64,000 nt of DNA. It comes from an uncultured Gammaproteobacteria bacterium (lineage in GTDB: Bacteria > Patescibacteriota > Microgenomatia > Daviesbacterales > UBA10151). The notes below the pieces were generated by a model. That model searched no databases. It was not told where the DNA came from and worked only from the letters and a program-made list of their open reading frames with translations. Location: positions 41,284 to 105,283 of the forward strand of contig CAZGFG010000002.1 in the NCBI GenBank assembly GCA_964524895.1, in the 5' to 3' direction. The position numbers were made by a program, and so were the translations under genes. This document shows, piece after piece, positions 1 to 9,992 of the stretch; the stretch's first letter is position 1; each line of letters begins with the position of its first letter.

Positions 1-218
1 GCGAACCATCCTACCAATAGGGAAAAAAGTGGAGGCTCATCCAGCCAAGGTTTTTGGAGCACTACTCCGGCTTTTGGTTGTCCCCCCTGATAATCAACTA
101 CTCCGGCAAAAAAAGTTGCTCTTTTAGGATAGTCCAATGTAGACCAAGAAATAGGGGTACCTGTTTCAATTAAATAGATTCCTGACCAGGCATACAGCAT
201 TTCCTCCAGATTCCCCAT
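1..218 (-). CDS. Hypothetical protein, 5' portion only; the gene continues past the window start
   Basis: Minus-strand ORF from an ATG at 218..216 runs to the window edge with no stop (MGNLEEMLYAWSGIYLIETGTP...). It is absent from the ORF track because it is incomplete. No recognisable family. Confidence 0.3.
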   Translation of the reverse strand, partial: MGNLEEMLYAWSGIYLIETGTPISWSTLDYPKRATFFAGVVDYQGGQPKAGVVLQKPWLDEPPLFSLLVGWF

Positions 219-378
219 CTGGGGGCTTCTCTCAAAGCTATGAGAGCGCAGGACAAATGTAAAATATAAAACTGCCAAAAAAACTAGGATTTTGAAGATT
301 TTATTCCTGCCAAAGACTCGGAGTTGTTTGGGTAGAGCTAGCATATAACCAATTGTATCAGAGTGTAAGTAAAATAGT

Positions 379-1515
379 TTATTGGGCTTGTTGCCTCAAC
401 CTGATTAGGTCTGCGGCCGAGGTAGCCTGTGGGGTTGCATTTCCCTGTATTTCTCCAAAATTGGCAGAGCCGGTAGCAGTCGGTGTCGGTGTAGGTTGAG
501 GTGTATTGGTGACAGTAGGTGGAGGAGTAGTGGTTTGGGTAGCCGGTAAACTGACCGGTTTCGGTTGACCTACACCAAGAATAAAGTAGGCAGAAGCTCC
601 GGCTACAGCGATTAATAAACCTATAGCAAGTCCAATGACCCATTTGGGAAATGATTTAGTTTCGCCTGCATTGCCTGCCGGTAGATTAGGGATTTCCAAG
701 TTTCCATTTGAACTTGGAGCTAAAGTTTCAGCTTGAGGCGCAGCAGGAGCAGTTTCTTCTACAGAATCACCTATAAGGTGGGATAAGTCGGTAGGAATTT
801 GATCAGCGGCAGTGGGTGCAGCAGGAGAAGAACTGGCTACTGTAGGTTCAAAAGATGGTGCTTCGTTGCTTGGTAGAGGTTGTGGGTTAAAAGAGGGAGC
901 TTGAGGTGTGGCTCCAAAATTTACTGTTAACGGAGAATCCGAAGAGGGAGGCGCAAAAGGTGAGGTAGATATGGGAGTGGCAGATGGAAGGGGGCTTGCA
1001 TCAGGTATCGGATTAGGCGGAGGGGTAAAAATGGTGTTTGTTGCAAAAGCAGAGGGATCACCGGTTGGTTCTTCAGGAGGAGTTGCTGAAGGTAAGTTTC
1101 CCTCGGCAGGGGAGGTTTGGGCTGGGGTAAGATAAGGGCTATTCGTTGGGGAAGCTTGGAATGGGTTAGGAGCAGATGTAGGGTCTACGGGGCCTGGGAT
1201 ATTTTGAGAGAAGTCGGTAGATACCCTTGGGGGAAAAGGGGTAGAAGGAGGTGCTACTGGAGGAGGGGTAGCTGCAAAAGGAGTTTCTACTGGTTGTAAA
1301 GGTGACGAAACAAAAGAAGGAGTCTGGGGCTGTATTAAATCAGGAGGAGACTGGGGGGGACTGGCAAAAGAGGGGTTATCAGTACTAGGTTGTGGCGGGT
1401 TATTATAAGGTTGGTCTAGGGGAGTTTGGGGTAGATTATTCGGAGGGCTTTGGTCGACAGGATTTGTCGCAGAAGAGGGATTATTGGGATCATTCGAATT
1501 GGCAGAATTATCCAT
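379..1515 (-). CDS. Pro/Ser/Thr/Ala-rich low-complexity protein with a single TM helix near the C-terminus (bitopic membrane protein, likely disordered)
   Basis: 378-aa ORF. Extreme P/S/T/A bias across roughly the first 290 aa. One hydrophobic segment (WVIGLAIGLLIAVAGASAYFILGV), then a short PT-rich tail. No catalytic motifs. Confidence 0.6.
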   Translation of the reverse strand: MDNSANSNDPNNPSSATNPVDQSPPNNLPQTPLDQPYNNPPQPSTDNPSFASPPQSPPDLIQPQTPSFVSSPLQPVETPFAATPPPVAPPSTPFPPRVSTDFSQNIPGPVDPTSAPNPFQASPTNSPYLTPAQTSPAEGNLPSATPPEEPTGDPSAFATNTIFTPPPNPIPDASPLPSATPISTSPFAPPSSDSPLTVNFGATPQAPSFNPQPLPSNEAPSFEPTVASSSPAAPTAADQIPTDLSHLIGDSVEETAPAAPQAETLAPSSNGNLEIPNLPAGNAGETKSFPKWVIGLAIGLLIAVAGASAYFILGVGQPKPVSLPATQTTTPPPTVTNTPQPTPTPTATGSANFGEIQGNATPQATSAADLIRLRQQAQ

Positions 1516-1632
1516 CTGGGATAGATTTATGATGCAGTGTTAGTGTATTAAACCTGAAAGTTATTGTCAATCGGCCGGCTTTATCCAATAGTCGGATTCG
1601 AGTATAATAGGGTAGTTAAAAAGGAGATCACT

Positions 1633-4365
1633 ATGTTAAATATATTTGGGAAGCTGCTTGATTCAAATGATCGGGAAATAAAAAAGCTGAAACAAACAGT
1701 AGAAGCTGTTAACAATTTAGAGGGGAAAATTGCCAAGCTGACCGATAAACAATTAAGGAATAAATTAACCGAATTTCGGTCTCAATACCAAAAAGGCAAG
1801 AGCTTGGAAGCTATCTTACCCGAAGCTTTTGCAGCGGTTAGGGAAGCTAGCAAGCGCAGCTTAAAAATGCGCCATTTTGATGTCCAGGTGATGGCGGCAG
1901 TAGTTTTGCATCAGGGTAAAATAGCCGAACAAAAAACTGGTGAAGGAAAGACTTTATCTGCCACCCCCTCACTGTTTTTAAATGCAGTTACCGAAAAAGG
2001 GGCTCATCTGATTACGGTCAATGATTATCTGGCCCGCCGGGATTGTGGCTGGATGGGACCAATCTTCCATGCTTTAGGGGCAAGCTGTGCCACTATTGTT
2101 CACGAGGCAGCTTATATTTATGACCCCAAATACAAAGATCCCAATCATGGGGATAAAAGACTACAACACCTTCGTCCCATCAGCAGGAAAGAAGCGTATG
2201 AGGCGGATATTACCTATGGGACCAATAACGAGTTTGGGTTTGACTACCTTCGGGACAATATGGCATTTAGGCTGACGGATCAGGTACAACGGGGACATTA
2301 TTTTGCGGTTGTGGATGAGGTTGACTCAATTTTGATAGATGAGGCCCGTACCCCGCTTATTATTTCTGCTCCGGCACAGGAGGCAACAGAAAAGTATTAC
2401 CAGTTTGCAAAGTTGATTGATTCTCTTTCACCCGCTACGGATTACGTAATAGATGAAAAACTCAAAACTGCTCATTTAACAGAACACGGTATTATCAAAA
2501 TGGAAAAAATGTTGGGGGTAGGGAACCTTTATGAAAAGGACTTTTCAACCTTGCATCACTTAGAGCAATCTTTAAAAGCGCGGACTTTATTTGAAAAAGA
2601 TAGGGATTATGTAGTCAAAGATGGAGAGGTCATTATTGTTGATGAGTTTACCGGGAGATTGATGATGGGGAGACGTTATTCCGAAGGACTGCATCAGGCC
2701 ATTGAAGCCAAAGAGGGTGTAGAGATTCAACAAGAAAGTAAAACTTTGGCGACTATATCGTTCCAAAACTATTTTAGGATGTATGAAAAGTTGTCCGGTA
2801 TGACCGGTACTGCAGCTACCGAAGCGGAAGAATTCAATAAAATTTATAAGCTGGAGGTGGTAGCTATTCCGACCAATAATCCGATGGTTAGGGCCGATCA
2901 TCCCGACACTATTTATAAAACCCAAACTGCCAAATATACTGCGGTTGCCAATTTGGTAACAGAGCTTCATGAAAAAGGCCAACCTGTTTTAGTGGGCACA
3001 ACCTCGATTGATAAAAATGAATTTTTGTCTGATCTTTTAAAGCGCAAAGGAGTCTCACACGCATTGCTCAATGCCAAAAATCATGAGAAGGAAGCAGAAA
3101 TTATTTCCCGGGCAGGAGAGAAAGGGGCAGTAACGGTTGCTACTAATATGGCAGGACGTGGCGTAGATATTATTTTGGGAAAAGGAGTTGTCAACTTAGA
3201 AGGTCTTTATGTTATCGGTACCGAGAGACATGAATCCAGGAGAATAGATAACCAGCTAAGAGGTCGTTCCGGCAGACAGGGAGATCCCGGGGAAACCAGG
3301 TTCTTTGTTTCCTTAGAAGATGACTTAATGAGGATTTTTGGAGGAGATCAGGTATCCAAAGTTATGGATTTTTTGAAGATGGGGGATGATGTTCCCATAG
3401 AACACGGCATGGTTAGCAAAGCTATAGAGGGAGCTCAAAAAAAAGTTGAGGGTCACAACTTTGATATCAGAAAGCACACGGTTGAGTATGACGATGTCAT
3501 GAATCAACAACGCCAGATTATCTATCGCATCAGAAAAAGAGTTTTGGAGTCGGCAGAGAGCAATAAAGCATCTTTGAAGCAGGAAATTTTGGGAAAAATA
3601 GACCAGGAGATTTCTCATATTGTAAATATCCACAGCGAGGGGGGAGTAAACAGCAATAAAATCTTGGAAGAGTTTTCAGATATTATTCCACTTGATCCAA
3701 AAAGTAAAGAAGATATAGCTAAAAGGGTGGAACAGATGGGTTCCCTGGAGCAGATAACCACCTTTTTATCTGATTTGGCACAACAATTTTATGCCCAGCG
3801 GGAAAAACAGGTGGGGGATGAGATAGCCAGGCAAATGGAAGTATTTGTCTATCTTAATACTATAGATACATTGTGGATAGAACACCTAGATACCATGGAT
3901 GATCTGCGGTCGGGGATAGGTTTGAGGGGCTATGCCCAAAGGGATCCTTTGATTGAATATAAGCGGGAAGCTTTTGAGCTTTTTGAAAGGCTAATGGTGT
4001 CAGTTGATTATGAGATAGTCCACAGGATTTTCAAAGTAGCAGTACAAGGACAGGAACAAGTTATGCAGCCGGTTGTGGTGGAGGAAAAACATCCGGAGAT
4101 TGAGGTGGGAGTTAAGGAAGAGGTAAAAGAGGTTAAAGAGATAGCTGCAGGAAAGCCGATTGATGAGGTTTTGGAGTCCGAGGAGGCGGTAACTAAAGTA
4201 ACCATAGAAAGAGGAGGAGAAGTCATAGCTCAAGAAAGCTATGGAGGAAATGGAGCAGTTACAAGTGCACATAATAAATTAGGGAGAAATGACCCTTGCT
4301 GGTGCGGGAGAACTAAACCGGATGAAACGCCTATTAAATATAAGCATTGCCACTATCCTAATTAA
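1633..4365 (+). CDS. secA: Preprotein translocase ATPase SecA
   Basis: MLNIFGKLL... N-terminus, DEAD-like motor motifs, IRA/wing domains and a C-terminal Zn-finger tail (CWCGRTKPDETPIKYKHCH). ATG at 1633 follows AAGGAG; the track ORF starts at an upstream TTG at 1564. Confidence 0.95.
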   Translation: MLNIFGKLLDSNDREIKKLKQTVEAVNNLEGKIAKLTDKQLRNKLTEFRSQYQKGKSLEAILPEAFAAVREASKRSLKMRHFDVQVMAAVVLHQGKIAEQKTGEGKTLSATPSLFLNAVTEKGAHLITVNDYLARRDCGWMGPIFHALGASCATIVHEAAYIYDPKYKDPNHGDKRLQHLRPISRKEAYEADITYGTNNEFGFDYLRDNMAFRLTDQVQRGHYFAVVDEVDSILIDEARTPLIISAPAQEATEKYYQFAKLIDSLSPATDYVIDEKLKTAHLTEHGIIKMEKMLGVGNLYEKDFSTLHHLEQSLKARTLFEKDRDYVVKDGEVIIVDEFTGRLMMGRRYSEGLHQAIEAKEGVEIQQESKTLATISFQNYFRMYEKLSGMTGTAATEAEEFNKIYKLEVVAIPTNNPMVRADHPDTIYKTQTAKYTAVANLVTELHEKGQPVLVGTTSIDKNEFLSDLLKRKGVSHALLNAKNHEKEAEIISRAGEKGAVTVATNMAGRGVDIILGKGVVNLEGLYVIGTERHESRRIDNQLRGRSGRQGDPGETRFFVSLEDDLMRIFGGDQVSKVMDFLKMGDDVPIEHGMVSKAIEGAQKKVEGHNFDIRKHTVEYDDVMNQQRQIIYRIRKRVLESAESNKASLKQEILGKIDQEISHIVNIHSEGGVNSNKILEEFSDIIPLDPKSKEDIAKRVEQMGSLEQITTFLSDLAQQFYAQREKQVGDEIARQMEVFVYLNTIDTLWIEHLDTMDDLRSGIGLRGYAQRDPLIEYKREAFELFERLMVSVDYEIVHRIFKVAVQGQEQVMQPVVVEEKHPEIEVGVKEEVKEVKEIAAGKPIDEVLESEEAVTKVTIERGGEVIAQESYGGNGAVTSAHNKLGRNDPCWCGRTKPDETPIKYKHCHYPN

Positions 4366-4366
4366 T

Positions 4367-5860
4367 CTATTCTACGTAGCCAAAGAGGGAATCGGTTAAA
4401 TTCGTATTTTCACCGGTGCAATTTTTTGCAATCTCTTCTTTAGGTGGAACATCCTCCGGCATCAGCAGCCCGATGTGACCAAATGTTTTTTTGACATTTC
4501 CATAAGCTCGTTCTTGCGGTATAACAATGTTATAAACGGGGATCTTTTTAGACGGGTGGTTTAAGTGTAAATTGTTTAAATAGAAAAATTGCCTAAAGCC
4601 TACATTTTCCCCCGGAGTAGTAATATACGTTATTCCTATGCAAGGATAATTATTTAAAATGACATCCTCTTTAATAAGATTTACTAACGCCTTTTTTTCT
4701 GCATATCCTTTATGATACGGCTCAACTGTTACCAAAAAATATGCATTTTTGACAAATATAACAATTAGCAGAATTGGCAAAAAATACTTCCCCCATCTGA
4801 AAAATTTAAATATGGAATAAAGCAGAAGTGAAATGAATGTTAGGAAAATAAAGTTAAGACTAAAAAAGTAATACTCTGATATCGGACTGGTAGAAACACT
4901 GAAAAAAATAAAAGATCCGATTATCCAAAAATAAAGTGTACCGGTTTCTAAAAAAGTTAAAACCCTGCTTTTAACTAAATAAATGGGGAGAAGCAAAAGG
5001 ATAAAGGTAAGCAAAATTTGAAAAGTGTCGGGGATAGATTGAGGGGAGAAAAAAAGTGCAGCATTGTTTTTAGAAATCATTTCCAATATTGTCAAAGCTT
5101 TAGATAGCCCTCTCTCCCCCGCTTGGGGAGTGATAAAATTTTCTATCAAACTTTTTGTTTGGGAAAAGTTATGACGCACTTCAAATAAGACCAGAGGCAG
5201 GGAGGTTATCAGGAGAGCAGCCAGAAACAAACCAAGCTGTTTGACCCTGGGCATTTTTTTAGAGAGTAGGAATGCTATGGGAACGGCCAGAAGGGTAGGT
5301 AAAAGTGCAATATGGATATGCCAGATGAGCCCTATTAAAATACCCAATAGCGGTAATACCTGGTAATTTCTACGGCTTATTTGAACGAGTGTATATAAGT
5401 ACCAGATGGACCAAAGAGAGGTTGTAATTGTGGGTACCAACCACCGGTCAAAACTGACAGTAACAATAAGTACCGAGTAAAGATAAGCCCCAATCAAACC
5501 TGCCCTCTTATCAAATAATTTGGATAGAACAAAATAGTAACTGACTATATTTAGAACTCCGATAATAACGGTCAAAGCACCCCCGCCGATAGGATCCATA
5601 TTAAAAAGTAAAAAGAAAGGTACGAGTAGATAGTAAAAAAGTGCACCAATAAAAATTCCCGGGGCACTGGTTAATTGCCCTATTAAACGAAAGTGGTGGT
5701 TTACCGCAATATCTTTTACAATCCAAGAATAAAGATCACCATCATGGGCAAATTCAAACCTTTCTACTATCTGATAAGTCCTAAAAAATATGGCTATTAA
5801 AATTATCAAAATAAGTAATATGCCGAATTTGTATTTTTTAATTTTTGCAAATAAACTCAT
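4367..5860 (-). CDS. GT-C fold membrane glycosyltransferase, PMT_2/ArnT-like (GT39/GT83 family)
   Basis: 497 aa, about 11 predicted TM segments. First-loop motif AHDGDLYSWIVKDIAVNHHFRLIGQLTSAPG matches the GDEGRDM...PLIGPPTS segment in the C-terminal half of the GT2-PMT_2 fusion at 22817. Confidence 0.75.
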   Translation of the reverse strand: MSLFAKIKKYKFGILLILIILIAIFFRTYQIVERFEFAHDGDLYSWIVKDIAVNHHFRLIGQLTSAPGIFIGALFYYLLVPFFLLFNMDPIGGGALTVIIGVLNIVSYYFVLSKLFDKRAGLIGAYLYSVLIVTVSFDRWLVPTITTSLWSIWYLYTLVQISRRNYQVLPLLGILIGLIWHIHIALLPTLLAVPIAFLLSKKMPRVKQLGLFLAALLITSLPLVLFEVRHNFSQTKSLIENFITPQAGERGLSKALTILEMISKNNAALFFSPQSIPDTFQILLTFILLLLPIYLVKSRVLTFLETGTLYFWIIGSFIFFSVSTSPISEYYFFSLNFIFLTFISLLLYSIFKFFRWGKYFLPILLIVIFVKNAYFLVTVEPYHKGYAEKKALVNLIKEDVILNNYPCIGITYITTPGENVGFRQFFYLNNLHLNHPSKKIPVYNIVIPQERAYGNVKKTFGHIGLLMPEDVPPKEEIAKNCTGENTNLTDSLFGYVE

Positions 5861-5947
5861 AACTTCTTAATAGTGTAGTTGATTGTAACTCTGATTACAA
5901 AATAGCTTACCCTTGCTTTTGTCTCTATAGTTGGTTTAAATTAACTG

Positions 5948-7495
5948 ATGAGCAAAAATCTTCTTCTGTTGATTATAGCTGTTTTGCTGGTGGGTTTTGT
6001 TTATAGGCTTTCAGTCACTTCAAACGGTAATTTCATTTTTAATATGGACAATGCCAGGGATATGGTGGATGTTAGGAATATGGTGGAATTGCACAAATTA
6101 AGATTAACGGGTCCAAATTCCGCCATAGAGGGGCTTTTTAACGGACCTGCCTGGTACTATCTTCTGGCAGTCCCCTTTATCTTAAGCGGCGGGGATCCTT
6201 ATGCATCTATTGTTATGGAGATAGTGCTTTGGGCAATAGGCGGATTTTTCTTATTAAAACTTGTGGGCAGGTGGGGAGTTTTTCTGGTAGTGCCAATTGG
6301 AGCGTTATGGATATCCTCAAATTATATTTTTTTAACTAACCTATACGCATTTAATCCAAACCCCGTGACTCTTCTTACTCCCCTTTTTGTATACCTGCTT
6401 TTTAAATATATCCAGACGAATAAATTAATTTGGACTATTTCTGTTTGGTTTTTGGGAGGATTGTTTTTTAATTTTGAAATGAATTTTGGAATATTTGTCC
6501 CGGCGATTATTTTTTTAAGTGTTGTTTTTTCCGGAAAAAGTAATTTGCTTAAAACAAAAAACTTTTGGATTGGAAGCGTATTTTTTGGAATAACCTTACT
6601 CCCCCAGCTCTTATTTGATCTTAAGCATCAATATATTATGAGCAGTTCGGTTTTGAAATTTTTGGCGGAAAATCAAAACCGCAATATAAATATGTTGTTA
6701 AGGTTTATTGAATTAAAAAATAGTTTCTACCAAACCTTTAGTGCAACTATGATGAATCAGAAAAATTTAAGTCTGGTGTTGCTGCTGACTTCTCTGCCCA
6801 TATTGTATAAATTCTTTAAAACCAAAGTACAAAAACGAGATTTGGTAGTTCTGATTAGTATGCTGATTATATTTGTTCCCTTTTTAGGCTATCTAATACT
6901 TCCGGTTGCGGTTAACCCTTGGCATTTGGGAGCTCCCATGGCTGCAGCCGTTATTTTAATAGGATTTACATTAAAAAATCTTTTTGAATTCAAGCTTTGG
7001 GGAAGACTAATATCGCTGACTTTAGCAGGCTTTATAATACTTTTTTCTTTGGGAAATATTAAAAATTTTTATGCCATTGATGCCGGCAAACCTAACAGTG
7101 ATCCTTCTGCATATGTAAATGAAATTGCCGCTGTTGATTATGCTTACCAGAAAGCGAATGGAAAAAATTTTAAAATTTTCGCATACCTGCCTTCCGTAAT
7201 TGATTATCCTTATCAATATTTAATTTGGTGGAGAGGTCTTAATAAGTATGGTTATTTACCGATAGATTACGCCTACTCTCCGAATAAACCTAAATATATC
7301 GCCGATAAGGAAAAATTTTTGCCGGGTAAAGAGGAGATTGGTAAAAGAGAAGACTCTAAATTGGTTTTCCTAATCAAAGAACCGGACAGAATTCGGATGC
7401 GTCAGGCATGGGAAAATGATTATAAGAATTTAGAGTTTGTTTCGAAAGAGATGATAGGGCCCCTTGAGGTAGAAATTAGGCGGGGAGATTTGTAA
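5948..7495 (+). CDS. GT-C fold membrane glycosyltransferase, PMT_2-like (divergent)
   Basis: 515 aa polytopic membrane protein. NMDNARDMVDVRNMVELHKLRLTGPNSAIEG aligns with the same first-loop segment of the 4367 and 22817 proteins. Confidence 0.65.
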   Translation: MSKNLLLLIIAVLLVGFVYRLSVTSNGNFIFNMDNARDMVDVRNMVELHKLRLTGPNSAIEGLFNGPAWYYLLAVPFILSGGDPYASIVMEIVLWAIGGFFLLKLVGRWGVFLVVPIGALWISSNYIFLTNLYAFNPNPVTLLTPLFVYLLFKYIQTNKLIWTISVWFLGGLFFNFEMNFGIFVPAIIFLSVVFSGKSNLLKTKNFWIGSVFFGITLLPQLLFDLKHQYIMSSSVLKFLAENQNRNINMLLRFIELKNSFYQTFSATMMNQKNLSLVLLLTSLPILYKFFKTKVQKRDLVVLISMLIIFVPFLGYLILPVAVNPWHLGAPMAAAVILIGFTLKNLFEFKLWGRLISLTLAGFIILFSLGNIKNFYAIDAGKPNSDPSAYVNEIAAVDYAYQKANGKNFKIFAYLPSVIDYPYQYLIWWRGLNKYGYLPIDYAYSPNKPKYIADKEKFLPGKEEIGKREDSKLVFLIKEPDRIRMRQAWENDYKNLEFVSKEMIGPLEVEIRRGDL

Positions 7496-7907
7496 CAGTA
7501 ATCTTCCTTTTTTCTTCATCAATTTTTTCCAGTGAGATTTTTATGGATTTTTTGGGGAGTAAACTTTCTGCTTTTTCCGCCCACTCTATAAGGATTAAAT
7601 TGTTCGGATCAAAAAATATTTCCTCCAAACCCAAAGATTGTAGCTGGGAAGAATCTTCCAATCTATACAGGTCAATGTGATAGAGCATATTTCCACTTTC
7701 CGGGATTTTGTGTTGACGGATTAAAACAAAGGTAGGAGAGATGATTTTATCGGAGATACCTAACCCTTCTGCAAACCCTTGGACAAAAGTTGTTTTTCCG
7801 GCCCCCAATTCTCCGCTTAAGGCAACTGTACCCTGTTTCACTTTTGAGGCCAAACCCCGGGCAATTTTCTTGGTTTCTTGCGCGCTTTTGGTTATATATT
7901 CTTCCAT
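7476..7907 (-). CDS. tsaE: tRNA t6A37 threonylcarbamoyladenosine biosynthesis protein TsaE (YjeE-like P-loop ATPase)
   Basis: 143 aa. Walker A motif ALSGELGAGKTTFVQG. Overall YjeE architecture. Confidence 0.85.
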   Translation of the reverse strand: MEEYITKSAQETKKIARGLASKVKQGTVALSGELGAGKTTFVQGFAEGLGISDKIISPTFVLIRQHKIPESGNMLYHIDLYRLEDSSQLQSLGLEEIFFDPNNLILIEWAEKAESLLPKKSIKISLEKIDEEKRKITVTNLPA

Positions 7908-7910
7908 GGT

Positions 7911-9266
7911 TTAAAATTTTACCTTATTTTTAAAATAAAGATAAGCGATTGATCCGATTCCGATAAATATCAATGCCGCCCCCACAATCACAATAAAGTT
8001 TGGTTTACCGGTTTTTTCTCCGGCTACTTGGATGGGAGAAGTTTCTTCACTAGTCGTTGCGGCAATTTCGGAAGAATCCGATGAAAAATTATCTTCTGAC
8101 GTTGCTGCCAGTACTGCGGAAGAAGAATCTGAATATATTTCATCGGTTATAGTGGAGGAAGAAGTACCGGTACTTTGGGTTATAATTTCCTCCTGCTTGG
8201 CGTTTAGTTTTATTCCTACCTCATTACTCCAAGTTGGGCTGGAGCCGGAGGCGGTTAAGCGGCCTACCTTAAAAATGTAATCTCCGGCACCTTTGTAGTC
8301 TTTGTCGTAAATATCGGGTTTTATATCTAAGCTGCCTGACCAGGAACCGTTATGGTCTGTAGTTATCTGGTATTGCTCGGAGTGTTCATCTCCATACTCT
8401 ATCCAATTTTCTTCTTTTTTGGTTAAGCCGAAATACCTGGTTCCATCTGTTTTTTTAAATGCTCCCTTCAAATAATAAACGGTGTTAGGACTACCGGAAA
8501 TAGTTAATTCTACTTTTGAGGTAAATGATTGATCGATGGTTATTTCCGAAGGGATATTAGAAATAGTGAAAGAATTGGAAGGAGAGGGGGTTGTGGTAGC
8601 GGTGGGAGTTGGAGTAGATGATGGGGTAGGAGTAGGGCTTGAGGTAGGTGTGGGTGTAGGAGTTGGGGATGGAGATAGAATATCTTGGGTAGGTTCTTCA
8701 AAAACAATATCGTCAAAGTAAGCATACGTTAGACTGGCCGTTGTATTGGACGAGAGAACTAAACGCGTTTTGGCTGATTTGGCATTACTCGGTGCCTGAA
8801 AAGTATTGGTTAGTTCGTGCCATTGATTGTCTGAAGCAGTTACGATATTTGTGTCTTCGGTCGACAATTGGCTTCCGGAGGCATCTGTGGATGCATACCA
8901 TGCTACTCTAATAAAAAAATTCTTTATATTGGAATCATTGGTTAATCCGTAACCACTTACTTTATATGTTTTATCACCGACTATATTGGTAATCGTTTGT
9001 TGGAATCCATACGAAGATGTTTTGTCGTGGTTTACTTTGAGTGAATTAGCATTGTTATGGTTAACTTCTGAAACCACACTAGCAGAGGCCCCACCTCCGG
9101 AACTGACCCAAGGGTCTATATTTCCAGATGTAAAGTCTCCATTTTGTAATAGGTTTGCAGCATAGGTGAAAGAGGTAGAGGGAAATAGATAGATAAGAAA
9201 AGATAAATATAATCCTAGGAGTTTAGGTACAGTATTGCTTAAGAATGTTAAAGAAAGCCTCAACAT
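7911..9266 (-). CDS. Cell-surface protein: N-terminal signal/TM, CBM4_9-like carbohydrate-binding domain, Pro-Thr linker, C-terminal TM anchor
   Basis: 451 aa. NGDFTSGNIDPWVSSGGGASASVVS...FFIRVAWYAS resembles CBM_4_9. PSPTPTPTPTSSPTPTPSSTPTPTATTTPSPS linker. Terminal KPNFIVIVGAALIFIGIGSIAYLYFKNKVKF anchor. Confidence 0.65.
   Translation of the reverse strand: MLRLSLTFLSNTVPKLLGLYLSFLIYLFPSTSFTYAANLLQNGDFTSGNIDPWVSSGGGASASVVSEVNHNNANSLKVNHDKTSSYGFQQTITNIVGDKTYKVSGYGLTNDSNIKNFFIRVAWYASTDASGSQLSTEDTNIVTASDNQWHELTNTFQAPSNAKSAKTRLVLSSNTTASLTYAYFDDIVFEEPTQDILSPSPTPTPTPTSSPTPTPSSTPTPTATTTPSPSNSFTISNIPSEITIDQSFTSKVELTISGSPNTVYYLKGAFKKTDGTRYFGLTKKEENWIEYGDEHSEQYQITTDHNGSWSGSLDIKPDIYDKDYKGAGDYIFKVGRLTASGSSPTWSNEVGIKLNAKQEEIITQSTGTSSSTITDEIYSDSSSAVLAATSEDNFSSDSSEIAATTSEETSPIQVAGEKTGKPNFIVIVGAALIFIGIGSIAYLYFKNKVKF
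8575..8700. repeat. Low-complexity nucleotide repeat encoding the Pro-Thr linker of the surface protein
   Basis: Reiterated gtaggagt/gtgggtgt-type units on the + strand, seen directly. They generate the spurious ORFs 8536..8721 and 8540..8725. Confidence 0.7.
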
Positions 9267-9353
9267 TAGATTACGTAGTTTTAATTAAATCATAGGCCTG
9301 TCCATTATTGGAAACAATCTGAAAACATTCAACCAGTATATTTTAATTATTCC

Positions 9354-9385
9354 ATTTTTTGGCTATTGCCAATTATTGGAATAAT
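9354..9385. repeat. Upstream copy of a roughly 32-bp imperfect direct repeat flanking CDS 9402..9980 (TTTTGGCTATTGCCAATTATTGGAATAATAT)
   Basis: Seen in sequence. About 26/32 identity with 9993..10024. Contains the dyad TTGGCtatTGCCAA and ATTATT-GG-AATAAT. A weaker third copy, CCATTATTGGAAACAAT, lies at 9305..9321. Confidence 0.7.
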
Positions 9386-9401
9386 ATGATCTACTGAATG
9401 T

Positions 9402-9980
9402 ATGGAACAGAAATATCCTACCACCAAAGAAATTATCTATATGTTAGGTATGGGTACTCTTTTAATGGGGACCATACTTTTACCGGGTTTAGGCTATGCA
9501 GCCGGTACGATAATCCGAGCTAAGCGACAGGGAGACTGGGAAAGATCTCAAAAAGAATGGAAAAAATTTAATACCCCTTTACTAAAAAGGAACCTTAAGC
9601 GGTTAAAAGAGCAGAAAGTTGTAGCAGTATCGGAAGAGAACGGGGAGAAGGTCATCAAGCTTACCGAAAGGGGTAAGGTTAAATTTTTCAAATTCAAGCT
9701 GGAAGAGCTCTCTTTAAAAGGCCAAAGATGGGATGGTAAGTGGCGCATAGTGATGTATGACATCGCTAAATTCAAGAAAAATCAACAAAGTGCTTTTAGA
9801 AATATTCTCAAGTATATTAACTTTTTACAACTCCAAAGAAGTGTTTATTTAACACCCTATCCATGTGAAGAACAGGTTAATTATCTTAGAGAGTTTTTTG
9901 GAATAGGGAGTGAGGTGGTATTAATAAGGGCAGATAAGTTGGAAAATGAGCATATATACAAACAATATTTTGGATTGTAA
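9402..9980 (+). CDS. Small membrane-anchored PaaX-like protein (winged-helix plus PaaX_C/Cas2-like C-terminal fold), putative transcriptional regulator
   Basis: 192 aa. N-terminal TM (IIYMLGMGTLLMGTILLPGLGYAAGTII), then a wHTH-like KRLKEQKVVAVSEENGEKVIKLTERGKV. C-terminal WDGKWRIVMYDI...FRNILKYINFLQLQRSVYLTPYP matches the PaaX C-terminal signature (W.G.W.LV.YDIPE...LQ.SV). Family assignment is by motif only. Confidence 0.5.
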   Translation: MEQKYPTTKEIIYMLGMGTLLMGTILLPGLGYAAGTIIRAKRQGDWERSQKEWKKFNTPLLKRNLKRLKEQKVVAVSEENGEKVIKLTERGKVKFFKFKLEELSLKGQRWDGKWRIVMYDIAKFKKNQQSAFRNILKYINFLQLQRSVYLTPYPCEEQVNYLREFFGIGSEVVLIRADKLENEHIYKQYFGL

Positions 9981-9992
9981 TTTCATACCACA

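Noticed and set aside
338-1299. ORFs 338..643(-), 908..1135(+) and 1117..1299(+) inside or antisense to the P/S/T-rich gene
   Set aside because: They are frame artefacts of the strongly biased composition of the 379..1515 gene, with Gly/Val/Trp-rich nonsense translations. No independent start or RBS context.
8032-8725. ORFs 8032..8280(+), 8536..8721(+) and 8540..8725(-) within the surface-protein gene
   Set aside because: They overlap the Pro-Thr linker repeat of 7911..9266 in other frames or on the other strand (poly-GV and poly-LP translations), so they are low-complexity artefacts.
9402-9980. Calling the 192-aa ORF a CRISPR Cas2
   Set aside because: The WDGKWRIVMYDI...LQ.SV segment resembles the Cas2/VapD-like fold. 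However, there is no cas1, no repeat array and an N-terminal TM plus a wHTH-like segment, so PaaX-like regulator is the better reading. It is kept as a fold-level similarity only.
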